A stretch of DNA of 64,000 nucleotides from Eledone cirrhosa (Eukaryota), in NCBI GenBank assembly GCA_964016885.1, contig OZ024740.1:388802001-388866000 (forward strand), read 5' to 3'. Below are positions 14,663 to 28,133 of the stretch, in pieces. Positions within the stretch are counted from its first letter, which is position 1; every line of letters begins with the position of its first letter. Below the pieces are notes generated by a model that did no database searches, was not told where the DNA came from, and saw only the letters and a program-made list of their open reading frames with translations. The translations under genes were made by a program, and so were the position numbers.

Positions 14663-15186
14663 GTATCGACTAATCCGTTTGACAGACGACTCTATTATGA
14701 AGATCGAACAACTGACTTTTTTTACAAGAAAAAGTGGGTAGTCATCATCTCTGTTGACTGTGGTGAAGAAGGTTGTACGCTGGTAGTGATTGAACGGTTT
14801 GAAGACAGAGTAATATTTTTGAAATTAACCCTAATTATTTCCAAACACCACTTGAGGTGGGTGTCTAGGTAGAGAGTGGAGAAATCTACGGGTCTAAATG
14901 TGTCCGCATTCACTATCTGAGTGTTGGCTCTCAGCAAGAATTGGAAAATGCGTTTGCGTTTAGCATGTCAGGATAATCTGAAGTTGTGTAATGGCTGCAC
15001 TAAATATCTCTAGGTATTTATTTTCTCATTTTGGGGTTCCTTTTCTTGTTTCCTATTTTCTTCTGCGCTGCAAAATCTATTATTACCTATTTATTATTAT
15101 CTGTGTACTCTACGTGGTATTGTGTCCTTTTCATTGCATTGTCGCACCTCATTATTATTTTAAATATTATTATTACTGCTTGGATT

Positions 15187-15379
15187 GGGCGGTGGATTGG
15201 CAGTATCGGTAGAGGGTCGGACGCCATGCTTTGACGCATAGAGTTACGGCCCTTGCCATTCTGAGTTCAAATCCCACCAAAGTTAACTTTGCCTTTCATC
15301 CTTACGGGGTCGATAAAATAAAGTACCAGTAATACACTGGGTTATTGCTGGCCTTGTGCCAAAAGTAGAAACAATTATT
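15187..15379 (+). mobile_element. tRNA-derived SINE, main family
   Basis: Full match to the family motifs. Confidence 0.9.
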
Positions 15380-15479
15380 ACTGCTTTTCATTCTCACAGG
15401 GTCGAAATGTGTTGGTCTTGTACATATATAAGAAACCATTATTATCATTATTATCATTATTTGTCACGCAGTGTAGATG

Positions 15480-15778
15480 GAAAATTCAGGCGAGTAGTTG
15501 TTCATCTGTCAAGTCCCAACAAAGACTTCAAACAGATGATACTTACTTTCAAATGAGTGCAGTACCTAGAAAATCCGATTCTGGCAAGAGTCCAATCTCG
15601 TATGATATTCCTAAGACGTCTTGGAGTTTCAATGATATTGACATTAATGCCCCGATCACAACTGGTATCACTTTCACATTGCTCTCTCGCTGACTGACCG
15701 CCTCCACTTTCAACAATTTTAATTCAGAGTACTTGGTGATTTTTCAATATTCATATCATTTGGTATGGCTACGACTAT
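15480..15778 (-). mobile_element. R4/Dong-like RLE non-LTR element, 3' remnant
   Basis: Manual minus-strand translation: VAIPNDMNIEKITKY...NVKVIPVVIGAL...LGTALI, matching the R4-type C-terminus. Confidence 0.65.
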
Positions 15779-18700
15779 CAGACTCAGAAGCTCCCGCGTC
15801 TTGCGACGCATGAGGCAATCATAATGTTCCATCGCGTTCGGTCAGCAGCCAGTTGCACAGCGTCCCGCCATTGTCTCTTTGTCGCTCTTAGGTCCCTCTC
15901 AACTGTCTAGCGCCAGTTCATTTTGGGTCGCCCTCTCCGTCTGCTTCCCTGCGGTCTCCATTTAAGTACTTGGTTCGCCAGACTCTCCGGGGGAAGTCTC
16001 AAACCAGCCCAGGCGTCGCTTGCAGATGGTAGAAGAGACTAGCTGCTGGTTGGTGCGGTTCCTGACTTCCTGGTTTGTTACATGGTCACTCCATTTAAAA
16101 TCCCAGGAACTTTCGCAGACATCTGGAATCGAATGCATCCAACTTCTTCTTTTGGCTGGTCTTAAGGTGCCATGTTTCACTCTCGTACAAGAGTGTGGAC
16201 AGCATGTTGCTGTTGTAGAATCTCATCTTTTTTTGAGGGTGAACTTCCTGCTCTTCCAGATCTTGTCAAGCTGGTTAAATGCTGCTGAAGCCTTTCCCAT
16301 TCTACATTGCAGTTCACTGTCCATGGTGCCCTCATTGTTAATGGAGCTCCTAGGTAGGTGAAGTTGTCTAATATCTCCACCTCCCCTGTTCAATGAAGAC
16401 ACTGGTTGGTGGTGGGTGTGTCCCAGATAACATGATTTTGGTCTTCTTGGCACTGATATTGAAACCTAAGTTTCCTGCTTCGACATTGATATTGTTCACA
16501 ATGATTTGCAGGTCAGCTGTGCTCTCTGCAAGTGCAGCAATATCGTCCGCAAAGTCCAGGTCAGACAACTTTTGCTCTCCCACCCAAGATATACCCTGGT
16601 CTTTAGACGCTCTTCTTAGTACCCGTCAATGGCTATGGCAAAGAGAATTGGAGAGAGCGAGCAACCTTGACGCACGCGAGTAACCACCTCAAACCAGTCA
16701 CTGTAACCATCTTCTGTACGTATGCAGCACTTGTAGTTTGCGTAAATCTGTTTGATTGCCGAAATGACTTACTGGGGCAGACCATACTCATGCATGATGC
16801 TCCAGAGCGACGGTCGATGAATGCTATCGAATGCTTTTGAGAAATAGATGAAGCTGATGGCGAGGGGCCTGTGGAATTCGTTTTACCTTTCAATGATGCG
16901 GCGTAGCGTAAAGATCTGCTCTGTACAGGAACGTTTTGGTCGGAACCCTGCCTGTTGTTCTCGCAGTTCCCGGTCTACCATGCCACGCATGCGGTTCAAG
17001 ATCACTAGACAATAGACCTTCCCTGGTATGGAGAGAAGTGTCACTCCTCTCCAGTTTTCACAATCGGCAAGGTTGCCCCTCTTGGGGATACAGACAACCG
17101 CTCCGTTTCTCCAGTCTTCTGGGACTTCACCCGTGTTCAACACAAGATTACATAAGTGGCCCAACAAGGAAGCCACTGGTTAAAGCAGAAGGAAATACTC
17201 CCTCGACACCGGTCCAGGACTGAAGGCGACCCACACCATATTCCGTGGCCATCGGTTTGCAGTTCTACCAGAGACTACTCCACTTACTGTCTCTTTACTA
17301 AATGTCAGTGGTTGGGCTTCAGGTCAGCGACCTGTTCCCGGAAAACTCTTCTGCTACGAAAACAATTCATAGTGCATCAGATTCAAATTCCAAGCAGCCA
17401 GGAGAACGGTTTCTCTAACCGGAGATTGTGTGACGGGTCTCGGCGAAAGTTTAGATGAGGAAGCCGACATCCTAAGGACCAGAATTCTGTCTGCAAAAAC
17501 AACCACACGTATTGGATATTGGAACATAAGAACTCTGTACCAACCATCCAAACTTGCGCAAGTTATCGGAGAAATGGAGGCCTACAAAATTAACATCCTG
17601 GGCCTCAGCTAGGTCCGCTGGACTGACTCTGGGAAGATTGTCCATGAAAACAAGACCATCCTGTTCTCAGGCCGTCAGAACGTGACCCACCGAGATGGAG
17701 TTGCAATCAGCATGGACAGGGCTGCCAGTAGTGCCCTTAAGGAGTGGACTCCTATCAACGAAAGCCTAATGACAGCAAGATTCACCACATCACATGCAAA
17801 GGTCACCATAGCTCAGTGCTATGCTCCAACCAACGAACATAACGACGATGACAAGGACGCTTTCTACCAGCAACTACAAGATGTTGTCAACAAAACCCCA
17901 CGTCATGACATCCTGATGATCATGGGAGACATGAACGCACAGATCGAGGGAAGCAGGGTTGGCTTTGAACATGTCCTTGGCCCCCATGCTTATGGAAACC
18001 GCACGTACAACGGGGACAGGTTTGTCTAGTTCTGTGCCATGAACAATAAGAAAATCGGCTCGTCACTATTTGACCACAAGAACATCCACAAGGTCACATG
18101 GGCTTCGAACGACCACAGGACCAAGACGCAAATAGACCACATTGCAATTGGCCCAAGATAGAGAGCTCCTTGACTGCAGGACGTCCGAGTCTACCGAAGC
18201 GCAGATGTCTGAAGTGACCACTATCTGTCTGTTACCAAACTTAAAATCAGATTGAGGAAGCAGAAGAAGAAAGCACCCCCTACAAGGCGTTTTGACATTA
18301 CCAAGCTGAAGAACGGTGACACAGAAGCACAGTTTGAGGAACAAATTTGCTGTCCTTGAGGAGTCTGCACCAGGCTCGGTAAATTGGTTGGAGGAAATGA
18401 AGAAGACCATGGAAGCTGCAGGGGAAGAAATCCTGGGCTACAGGAAGTCCCTCAGAGAAGCTTGGGTCAGCGACAACACCTGGCAGCTGATTAATGAAAG
18501 GAAATCCCTACACCCCAGAGGCCATCAAAGTATATCAGCAGTATGTTGAGAAGGACAAGGAGGTGAAACGCAGCGCCCAAAAGGACAAACGAATGTGGCT
18601 TGAGGGTAAGGCAGAGGAGGCAGAAGCAGCTGCGGCGCTCTGTGTACCAAATTGCCAAGAAAATCACCGGCAGCTCTAGAGCTAACTCAGGCCCGGTGAA

Positions 18701-19015
18701 AGCGAAAGATGGTACGCTGCTTTCCAAGGGTGAAGAAAAGTTAGTCAGATGGGCTGAACATTTCAAGGAAGTCCCCAACCGACCGGAGCCACGTATGCCA
18801 ACAGGCACTAAGGAACCTACTGGTTTGTTACCTATCAATACTGATGACTTCACCGAGAAGGAAGTCCGCATGGCCATCAAAGCCCTTAAGAATAACAAGT
18901 CACCAGGTATGGATGGCATTTCTGCTGAAATGCTGAAGTCAGGAGGCGAAAGCATGGTCAAGTGGATGGGCCACTTATGTAATCTTGTGTGGAACACGGG
19001 TGAAGTCCCAGAAGA
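15779..19015. mobile_element. RTE-clade LINE with 5' inversion: RT/3' part on minus (15779-17162), 5'UTR + APE on plus (17163-19015)
   Basis: Minus strand: IPKRGNL..NWRGVTLLS, QAGFRPKRSCTEQIF, LDFADDIA. Plus strand: WNIRTL, QCYAPTN, MGDMNA, KSPGMDGI. TSD ctacgactat at 15769-15778 and 19016-19025. Confidence 0.9.
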
Positions 19016-19330
19016 CTACGACTATGATCTGATATTATTTTATTTTCTTGTAAACCATTAATCAATTTTACTTAGATCTTGCCTCAACCACATTACGTCA
19101 TTTTTAATGCAGCGTTTCCACCATAGTTCATTTGCCTTACCCTGCTTTGTTTTCGTTAATTGTAAATAAACACGAAATATTGTCTACACAGAGATCATTT
19201 AATACCTAGAACCATATATAAAGATTGAGTGGTAATTATTGTTTAAGCATCATCTGGCTGCCTAGATAGGTTTCTTTACCGCCAATACATCCTTATATTC
19301 TGTTTCAAGAAAGTACTTCTGATGATGACG
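19016..19330 (-). mobile_element. Continuation of the R4/Dong-like remnant (internally deleted)
   Basis: With the RTE removed, the frame reads QIIVVAIPNDMNI across the TSD. Upstream WWKRCIKNDVMWLRQDLSKI resembles the R4 N-terminal block. Confidence 0.55.
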
Positions 19331-19419
19331 ACATTTGGGTGTGTTAGGGGTACTATTAGAAAAGTTCTGTATTACTTTATTTGCCATATTATAGTTTGTT
19401 GGGTACTTTTGGGTACTTT

Positions 19420-19765
19420 TTCATGTATCGTCTATTAAATAGGAGTTCTTGGGTTTCAGGATTTTGAACTTCTGCAGTAACAACTTTATCGATTTCATGC
19501 CATGTGTTATGGTTATTCTCTATTATGAATTAGAAATGACAATGAGGTAGTCCTCTCTTTTAAAATTCGATTGTATTTACGAGGGCTATAACTTTTCCGG
19601 GGATGTCAGATTTAATATCTTATAACAGTTGTTGTTGCTTTAGCTTAAAAACCCTTGTAATGTCCGGGTGATCAGCGATTGTCTGGTCAGCGTTAAGCGC
19701 AGTTCCTATATCAGACCACTTTGGATTGCAGGTAAAAGTTACAGAATGTTGAGTGCCTAAGCCAA
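19420..19765 (-). mobile_element. Helitron Rep (HUH) domain remnant
   Basis: Manual translation: TFTCNPKWSDI..DHPDITRVFKLK..GKVIALVNTIEF*KRGLPHCH..IDKVVTAEVQNPETQ, matching Helitron Rep motifs 1 and 2. Confidence 0.8.
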
Positions 19766-20949
19766 CATTTAATCGCCTTTAATTTTGTTTCATATCTGAT
19801 CGAATTTTCTTTGAAATTAGTTTTTTATATAACATATCAAAATATAATATTAATGTATCGTAAAGCTTTTGTATAAATATCAATTTACTTCCAAATACTA
19901 AAGAAATTCTTTAACTTGCATTGGAAATATTTTCTCTAAAATCTAGAAATCTCAAATTTACAAAACTCACATCAGTTCATTTGCAAAATGATAAAAGAAA
20001 ACATAACGATCTATAAATAGTGAAAGCACAAGCAAAAACTAAAAATATCGTAAAACCATAACTGAAAACGACTACGCAAGAAAATGTTTGAAATTTATTT
20101 AATTAATATAATAAAAAACGAAAATGTTTAGCACAACATTTCAACATTTGTATAAACAGAAAATATGTAAAACACGAAATAAATTCAAGGAAATAATACC
20201 ATAAAAAACGCATATATAGTGGCTGCCAACTCGTTTTCGAGTACGGCCACTACTTTATATCCATGTAGGAGAACCCCTACCGATGCGCTGAACGAGTGTG
20301 ACTTTTTAGTCCAGCCAGCGACTTGAAAACTCTGGTACAAACACTACACTTGTGACAATTATTGACACATAGTGCTGGATCCAAGGTACCATGTGACGAC
20401 AAGTGCAGAGAGATATCCAGATATAAAGCAATGCCTGTGCCGTGAAGCTTTTATAGTGAGCAAAGGCACTGCACAAAGCCAGTCCCACTCTCTTAACCAA
20501 GATGATATTTACCAAAAAGAAGAACAAGTCAACATCATTGGATACCATCAGGGTTGCAGGTGTTATATCAGAGTTTTCCTTCTCCTAGAATTCTGCCTTG
20601 ACAAAGGCTAAGGGGTCATCTCTCCCGGTGATTTTGGATGGCCATTGTCTCTTAAGCGCTCTTTTGCCCTTTGACAGATTTTGCTTTTAGTCCTGCAGGA
20701 TGTCCAAAGTGACCCTCCTCACCAAGAAACCTTGGTGGGGTTGCCAGTTTAGTCGCCAACGACCCTACCATGAGACAGGTTGTATTGGGATACATATTAC
20801 CAGTAGCACCAACTGGTGACCTGACATAAAAAACACATAATGCATAATAAAATATCATGAATTTAAACGAACACGGAACGTCAATGCATTGACATTATAT
20901 ATGAACATTAATTCTCATTTAGGATAAAATATTCAATCCTGTTCCTACG

Positions 20950-21118
20950 TCTGCTTTACGGCCCTTTACGATCTGAGTTCAAATCCTGTCGAGGTTAGCT
21001 TTGCTTTTTCATCCTTAAGGGGTCGATAAAATAAATTATCATTAATGCACTGGGGTCAATTTAATTGACTCTTCCTTTCCCAAAATTAGTTGGTCGTGTG
21101 CCTTTATTAGAAACCAAT
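20950..21118 (+). mobile_element. Degenerate SINE, main family or relative
   Basis: ctgagttcaaatcc..gaggttagctttgc..catccttaaggggtcgataaaataa. Confidence 0.7.
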
Positions 21119-22429
21119 AGTTTATCCCATTGCGATGCTTAAAATAAATTTAAAACAATGATATCTTCATATATTACTTTAATTTTAAAACGAATTATTT
21201 TAATTGTATCGAGAGGAAATTAAAGACATGGGCAGAAATGAGTCCAAAGATTCAGTGCTGGTCCAGATTATTTTCAGCAAGTCTAATTCTGTATTCCATT
21301 TAAACTATAGACGATTAGATTGTAATATAAAGGGTAGCACACAGGGAGTTGTTAAATAAAGTGAGAAGGGCTGCAGTCTCATCCATATGCTAGTGACCTT
21401 AAATAAGTCGCGTTTCTTGAGAGCCCTTCTTGAGAGCCCTCTTTCTGGCTAGATCTAGATACGCGCTGTATTTCGAATTGCGCAGTCTGATCGAGCGACG
21501 AGTAGGATTCACCGACACCACTTCCGGGAATGAGATACGTGATTAGAATTCCTACAAAATAGATCAAATACAATATATTGTACATTACAGCAAGATAATT
21601 TATTGGCCTGCCAAAAGCTAAATGTAAGTACTCAGGTAGGATTTGAAGTTAGACAGTAGAGGAACGATTAGGTTTGACCTGGAGGTGAACAAAACAAATA
21701 CTAATAAATGAGACCAATTAAATATTCAAAGGTTAACATCCACATTTTCTTTATTTCGTTCGAGAAAGAATTCAATAAAAACCTTTAGAAAAAATGTTCC
21801 CCTTCCTGCGTAAAGAAACCCCTGTTTAACATGATAGTAGTAAAAAGCAAATCTCACAAAAGTCACAACCTTATAAAATAAAAGGAATGACATTGTGAAT
21901 AATCGAGTCTCAGACATACAAAGTGATGCATGCTTTTGATTTTTGCTGCTAAACTGAAACTAAACTCGGCAGCACCTCACCACTGCGTGGTTGTGTTTCT
22001 AATGATTTCTAGCATTTACTTATGACCTCAAATTATAATTTAACGTTTATTTTTCGTTGATTCAACCACTTAATAGATGGCGCAACTATAATAGTGAAGT
22101 CGACTTCAGTGGGACTTGATGTCAGAGTGATGGAGACTAAGTAATGTTACAATTTAAATCTTTTGCTTTAACGTATCAACTAACGCTCCACTTATAAACT
22201 ATAATTATAATGATGTATTGTATTGTTACAAGATCGCATAATTATTGAGGAATCAATAGTTGATCGAATAGTCTCAGTAATTTGTTGTATTGATTTTTTT
22301 ATTGATACATTCCGGAAGTATGAAGTGCAATGACTACACATCAACAACGCCAAAGTGATAAAATTAAATCTCGCTCTGGTTTAATATGTAGTTTCTCAGA
22401 ACTGCCATCTGTGTGACTATTCTACAGAT

Positions 22430-22735
22430 ATATCATACCTCTTCTAGTCCTGTAACTACTGATGGAGTCGTAAGGGTGCCGTTGTAGAGCATTTTAAGCC
22501 TGGCGGAGCCCAACCCTCTCCTGGTCTGAACACAGCAGATTTCTTCCAGAGAAGGATAGAAAGTGAGAAAGTGATATAGAGGAAGAATTGACCCAAGTAC
22601 GAGACTGGTACTTTTATCCATCTCAAAAGGACGAAAGGCAAAGTTCACTTCGGCGGAATTTGAACTCAAAAAGCAGAGAGCCGAAACGAGTCATTCTATA
22701 CGACATTCTAACGACTATGCTAATTCACCACCCAC
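22430..22735 (-). mobile_element. SINE with the same central domain but a different tail (subfamily shared with 28872-29160)
   Basis: aaaggcaaagttcacttcggcggaatttgaactc central domain; the tail gatttcttccagagaagg matches the 29.0 kb copy. Confidence 0.65.
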
Positions 22736-24540
22736 AAACATACCATATATATTATGTAAATTTGAACCTCTAGTTCGTCGATACTACTCTATTTCATGAG
22801 TTCGTAACACCTTCAGTATAGTATTTCTATGTGAAACTGGTCTAAAAACTCGAGTCAAATCGTTCGATCTACAGAGAAATACTTTATATAGATACGTTTA
22901 AATATATTCGTATATATTGACACATTAAAGCAGTTTCAGTTAAAATGTTGACCGTCTTTTCTCTGGTACCTATTTAAATAAGAATATAACACATTGTGTA
23001 ATGTAGCCCGTGATATGTAAAATAATTGTGTGGTCTTGGATTGATCATCTTTGATCATAGATCCGCAAGGTGAAGATTCACTTAAAGCTGAACATTAATA
23101 ATAAACGTAGAAATTAATAATTAAGTACATTAAAGCTTTATGTTGACATCCACCTGACAGAAAGGGAAAGTCACAAATTAATAAGAAAGAGTTATATCGA
23201 TGCAGTATGTAACGAATATATATTTTATCTATTATGTATTAAAGGCAAAATCTACCTCCGGTGAGATCTGAACTTGGAGCGTAATTGACATAACTATCTA
23301 ATTGTTTTTTTCTAATATTAGCACTATTTGAAAGAAAGCTGTCTTCAATAACCCCAGTATTTCACTGGTACGTATTTTGTCAATCCCAGCAAGATCAATG
23401 TCAAAGTTGACTTCTTCTTTTCGTATCTTCGAAGCATGTGGTTATAGGACAGTTTCCCATTTCTTTACACAGTCCTTTGCATTATTATTAAATCTGCGAG
23501 ATCTTTTAAGCTGCACTGGTTGGGTAGCAGTGCTGCATCGTATGGTCCTTCTCCCTGCATTCGCAGATGGTTGGGCCGATCTAGTAGCCCCATCTGGCCA
23601 TAGCAGCTTTTAATCGCCCCATTCCTGTTCTCAGGCGGTTGAGTGTCTTCCACTGGACCCATGGTTGACTGTGACGGAATTTTCACCCAAAACGTGAACG
23701 GACGTGACTAAATACTTCAAGATATATAATCCAACACACTCGTGTTTCTGTTAATTTATCGCCCTTACAGTTAATATTTGGAAAGAAAATTATTCATTGT
23801 CTTCTAGGTTTGGATAATAATTCTTTAAATTACACAACTACTTCTTTTCAAATTAATTCGCCGTCTCGTGTTTTCGTCATTCTTTCAGTCGTCTTTGCAG
23901 AGAGATAAAATATACTTTCATTATAAGACACAAGATTAAAAGTTCCTTCCTTTGTGGAACATGATTAATCTGTCAACAGAATACAAATTTACATCCGTTA
24001 TGAAGCGAATTCGTGATGTCTGTAGGCCAAATATTTCACTTGAATCTAATAAATTATATCAATAAATCTTACATTAAATCGATCAAGTTAGCTAAAATAT
24101 AATATCTACAGGGATATTATTAAAATCCTAAAAATTACTTCCCGATTCTCACATCAAATTTATATGTAAGTAATTTGCTTTAATAAAGTTAAATCATTTG
24201 TAATGTGTAGTAAGCTATTTAAGGAACTTTGAATATTTCAGACATGTGTCTCAGTGCTTGTCTCTGTAATTATCTTAATGCTATTTAATTATCTTAATAC
24301 CCGTGATTTTGTAAAATCGCAGAAAACCAGCCGCTATTTTACAATTTGAAAAGTGTTATCACTGTGATGCATCATATTTCATTAAATTCTCTATCATTAA
24401 TCATTTCTTCTGTAGATTGGTAGCACAGAATAAGAATGGTGCTATGGTAAGAAGTGAAAGTAATTAAAAATTACAATGATTTATTAATTTTCAGCGCTAA
24501 ATTATGAACTTTCCTTGGAGGAAATATACATTTAAATGTA

Positions 24541-24701
24541 CATACCTGTCAACTCTCCCCGTCGGACGGGGAGATTTCCCACTCACCCAGGAGTATAGCT
24601 TTTATTACGTAAAATACCCCCATTTTGCCTCATTTCTCCTCGTTTTGGGTACTTTGTTTCATAGTACTCCACGTTTGCACTTTTAGAGGATGGCAGGTCT
24701 G
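24541..24701. mobile_element. Probable hAT-type MITE
   Basis: Imperfect TIRs catacctgtcaactc / gaggatggcaggtctg; TSD not clear. Confidence 0.45.
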
Positions 24702-24824
24702 AATTTAACATGACATGAATATTATACATGAGTACCCATTGTCTAATGTAGTTGGATAGCACAATTCCTAAAAATAAAAGTCCGAACGATAGTGGATTGT
24801 CACTCATTGTAATGTCTAGAAATA

Positions 24825-25007
24825 TCGTTTATATTTTTGGCACAAGGCCAGCAATTATCCCAGTGCATTACTGGTACTTTATTTTATCGACCCCGTAAGG
24901 ATGAAAGGCAAAGTTAACCTCGGCAGGATTTGAACTCAGACCCTAAAGGGCCGTAACTCTGTGCTGCAAAGCATGGCGTCCGACACTCTATTGATACTAC
25001 CAATCCA
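24825..25007 (-). mobile_element. tRNA-derived SINE, main family
   Basis: Reverse complement of the family motifs. Confidence 0.88.
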
Positions 25008-25289
25008 ACGAAATAATGAATAATCTTCGCCAGTAGACCGACTTGTCAATTTACAAATGTAAAATTACTGAATTGGAAAATGTAACGTTACAAAATAATT
25101 AAACATTTACCAAGTATAAGCGGATGGTGTAACAAAACCTATGAATAAATAAATACAAATCTGCAGACGTTAAAAATTGCAAACAAAATTACATTTCTGC
25201 AAAATGCATCGTTACATTGTCTTCTTTTCTTTGCTACGCCTACTCCACATCCTCTTTTTCTTGAAATTCTTAGATGACTTCTTTCCATG

Positions 25290-25895
25290 ATGGAGGATTC
25301 TAGGATACCAAAACAACTCTTTTATGGAGAGTTAGTTAAAGGAAAATGATCTCCATATAAACCAAAAAAGAGGTATAAGAATTCGTTGAAAGCCTCCTTG
25401 AGAGACGCTAACATATCTGCTGATACATGGGAAAGCGTAGCTGCTGATCGTAATAAATGGAGAAAGACTGTACACGAGGGGAATGTTACTTTTGAAGCAT
25501 CTCGAATTGCATACGAGAAAGTAAAAAGGGATGTCAGGGAAGATATTACTGTTACATTTCCAGACGGCAAAGGTCCTCTCATGGCGCTGACATGCAGCGT
25601 CTGTGCAAGACTTTGCCTCAGTAAAGCTGGACGCAAAAGTCATCTTTGCAGTCATAAAGTGAGACCAGTGGCTGGCTACCATGCTGCTGTCGGAGATGCT
25701 ACTCATCAAACCTGTCAATCATGTGGAAATGAGTGTAGATCAGCAGGAGGGCCCAAACGACATAAAAAAGTACATGAAGACCAACCACAGCTGGCTATTG
25801 CTAGTGAATGTATTTATCATGGTTGCCAACTCTGTGCAAGATATTTTAGATCATTGGCTGGGCTAAAATGCCACATTCAATCGCAGCACCGTTAA
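25290..25895 (+). mobile_element. RTE-clade LINE 3' end with three C2H2 zinc fingers
   Basis: RIPKQLFYGEL..KPKKRYKNSLKASL..WESVAADRNKWR, then CSVC..HLCSH, CQSC..HKKVH and CQLC..HIQSQH. Confidence 0.8.
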
Positions 25896-27146
25896 TTGAG
25901 TGTGCGCGTTTTTTTTATTATTTTATCGTGCAATGGCCATACTCGATAATGAAGATGCAGCCATCATGTATGTATATATGTATGAACGTATGTATGTGTG
26001 TACTGATTGAGATGGAGAGAGAATGAAAGAGAAATAAATATGCTGCATTGAAAACAAAGACGGTGTTCTAGTCCTACCTCTGCCATCACGAAACTGTTTT
26101 CATATTTTCTCCTGATTTTCCTGCACATTATTTCGAACTGTAAACTTTTCAAATCATTTCTAGATTTTCATAGATGTATGCTGCTGCTCTCTGTATAGAG
26201 GTAAGAATAAATGAGATTTGTGTAGACATTTTTACTGGAATGTAATTTCTGTTTTTTTAGATTTATACGTCATTATTCAAGTGTTTTATTTTTGGATATT
26301 TTATAATGGGTATTCCAACAGACTAATGGAGTAATTTATAAAAACATTTTAACAAAATAAATAACAACAGCTATTCCATATATTAAAGTAAGCCCACACG
26401 TCATAAATTGTAATATATAGATCAAATGCATTGCCCGTAAACCATAAACACTAATGATATACGACAAAAGTACTAAAATTAAAACATTTTTTATCAATAA
26501 CAAGTCGTAAGCATGTGACATCGTAAGTAAACTACTCATGCGATTTATTCCAGACATGTAAGCAGTAAGTTTAATAGCTGTTATAGTGGGCATATGCAGA
26601 CAACTATCCCACCGGTTCGCCATGAATTTACAAGGAGCAATTGCAAAGCACGACATCATGCAAGCATTATCGATCAACACATCTATGCCATACAGATTTC
26701 CCTGCAAAAATTAATGAGTATTGAAGGAGGGTAAGTTAAAATAAAGACACGTATGACATCCTCTAAACACAAACAAAAATAATACCATGCTCATGAGGTC
26801 CTGAAAAATAAATCTAACGGTGGAAAATCGGTTTAAAAATCCTGCAACATATACTAACAATACTTCCTGAAAATGAGTCCAAGAAGGCCTAAATATATTG
26901 GTCTTCAAAAGAAATAGTTAGGATCTCATACGAAATTATGAAGAAGAAACTTGATAAATAATTCGCATTTTCTATAAAGTGTGTGTGTGTGTGTCCATGT
27001 GTAAGTGTAAGTGTGTAAGTGTGCGCGCGCGTGCGTGTAGATATGATCCGATAATTATGAAGTGCTGAATACAAAGATATGATAACGTTGTCTTTGTAAA
27101 TAGAGTGCATTTCCAACATTTAATGCATTTGTATTAATTCCAGATT

Positions 27147-27412
27147 CTGCTGCACATCGGGCTGAGGAGGCCAAACTCTTCAAATACCGGTCGCTCTCCG
27201 ACAGGTTTGCGGTTGTACTCTTGGCAGTGGAGACTTTTGGCGTCCTCGGCCCTAGGGCTACCTACCTATTCACCACCATATGCGCTGAGCTGGCCAGCCG
27301 CAGGTGTGAGCCTCGCGAGTTGGAATGACTCTTCCAGCACATCTCCGTTACCATCCTCGGGGAAACGCCTTCTCCATTCTATCTGCCGGGGCTGTGGAGA
27401 GGCCATCAATAT
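27147..27412 (+). mobile_element. CRE-clade RLE element, 3' fragment
   Basis: AAHRAEEAKLFKYRSLSDRFAVVLLAVETFGVLGP; DNA-level match to ~62390-62540. Confidence 0.75.
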
Positions 27413-27896
27413 GATTACTTAACCCTTTCGTTGCCGTATTTCTAATTCAAGATTGTCGCTAAGTCTATAACCACAATTTGTACAACAACAACAATAATTA
27501 CACAATTAATTGACTATGTATTACTTTGAGAATAAAAGTTTACTATCACCCTGATTTCTCATTTCTTAAAAGGACGCTACTAAACTACCTATTGCCCAGC
27601 TTGTAGTCACATGGGTATACATGCACGCACAGACACACACAAACGCACGCACAGACACACACAAGCACAAACGCACACACACTCACAAACCCACGCACAC
27701 ATGTTCACATATATGTATATACATGAAGCATAACAAATAACAAAAATCAGCAACTGAACCGTTCGAACACTTTCCTACTGATTGATAATTACCGAGAGCT
27801 GACCATCTCAATATTTATTACCTTTTGAACTTCATCCGTTAACTAATTGCTAAATGTATCACACTCTCCACCCACCCAATACTCTCTCTCTCCCTC

Positions 27897-27934
<38 letters not shown>

Positions 27935-28011
27935 TTTCTTTCTCATTACCAGTTGTTCCCCCACCCACCGAAACTAATTTTATTTTACAAGATATTAACG
28001 CTGGACATACA

Positions 28012-28133
28012 ATAACTGTTTCTACTTTTAGGCACAAGGCCATCAATTACCCAGTGCATTACTGGTACTTTATTTTATCGACCCCGTAAGGATGAAAGGC
28101 AAAGTTAACCTCGGTGGGATTTGAACTCAGACC
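28012..28133 (-). mobile_element. SINE, main family (partial)
   Basis: 3' two thirds of the family sequence, reverse complement. Confidence 0.85.

Noticed and set aside
20560-20830. Host exon, or RTE 5'UTR with an HDV-like ribozyme
   Set aside because: It resembles LINE 5'UTR sequence (ggagaaggaaaactctga on minus), but I could not fold a ribozyme or find a coding signature.
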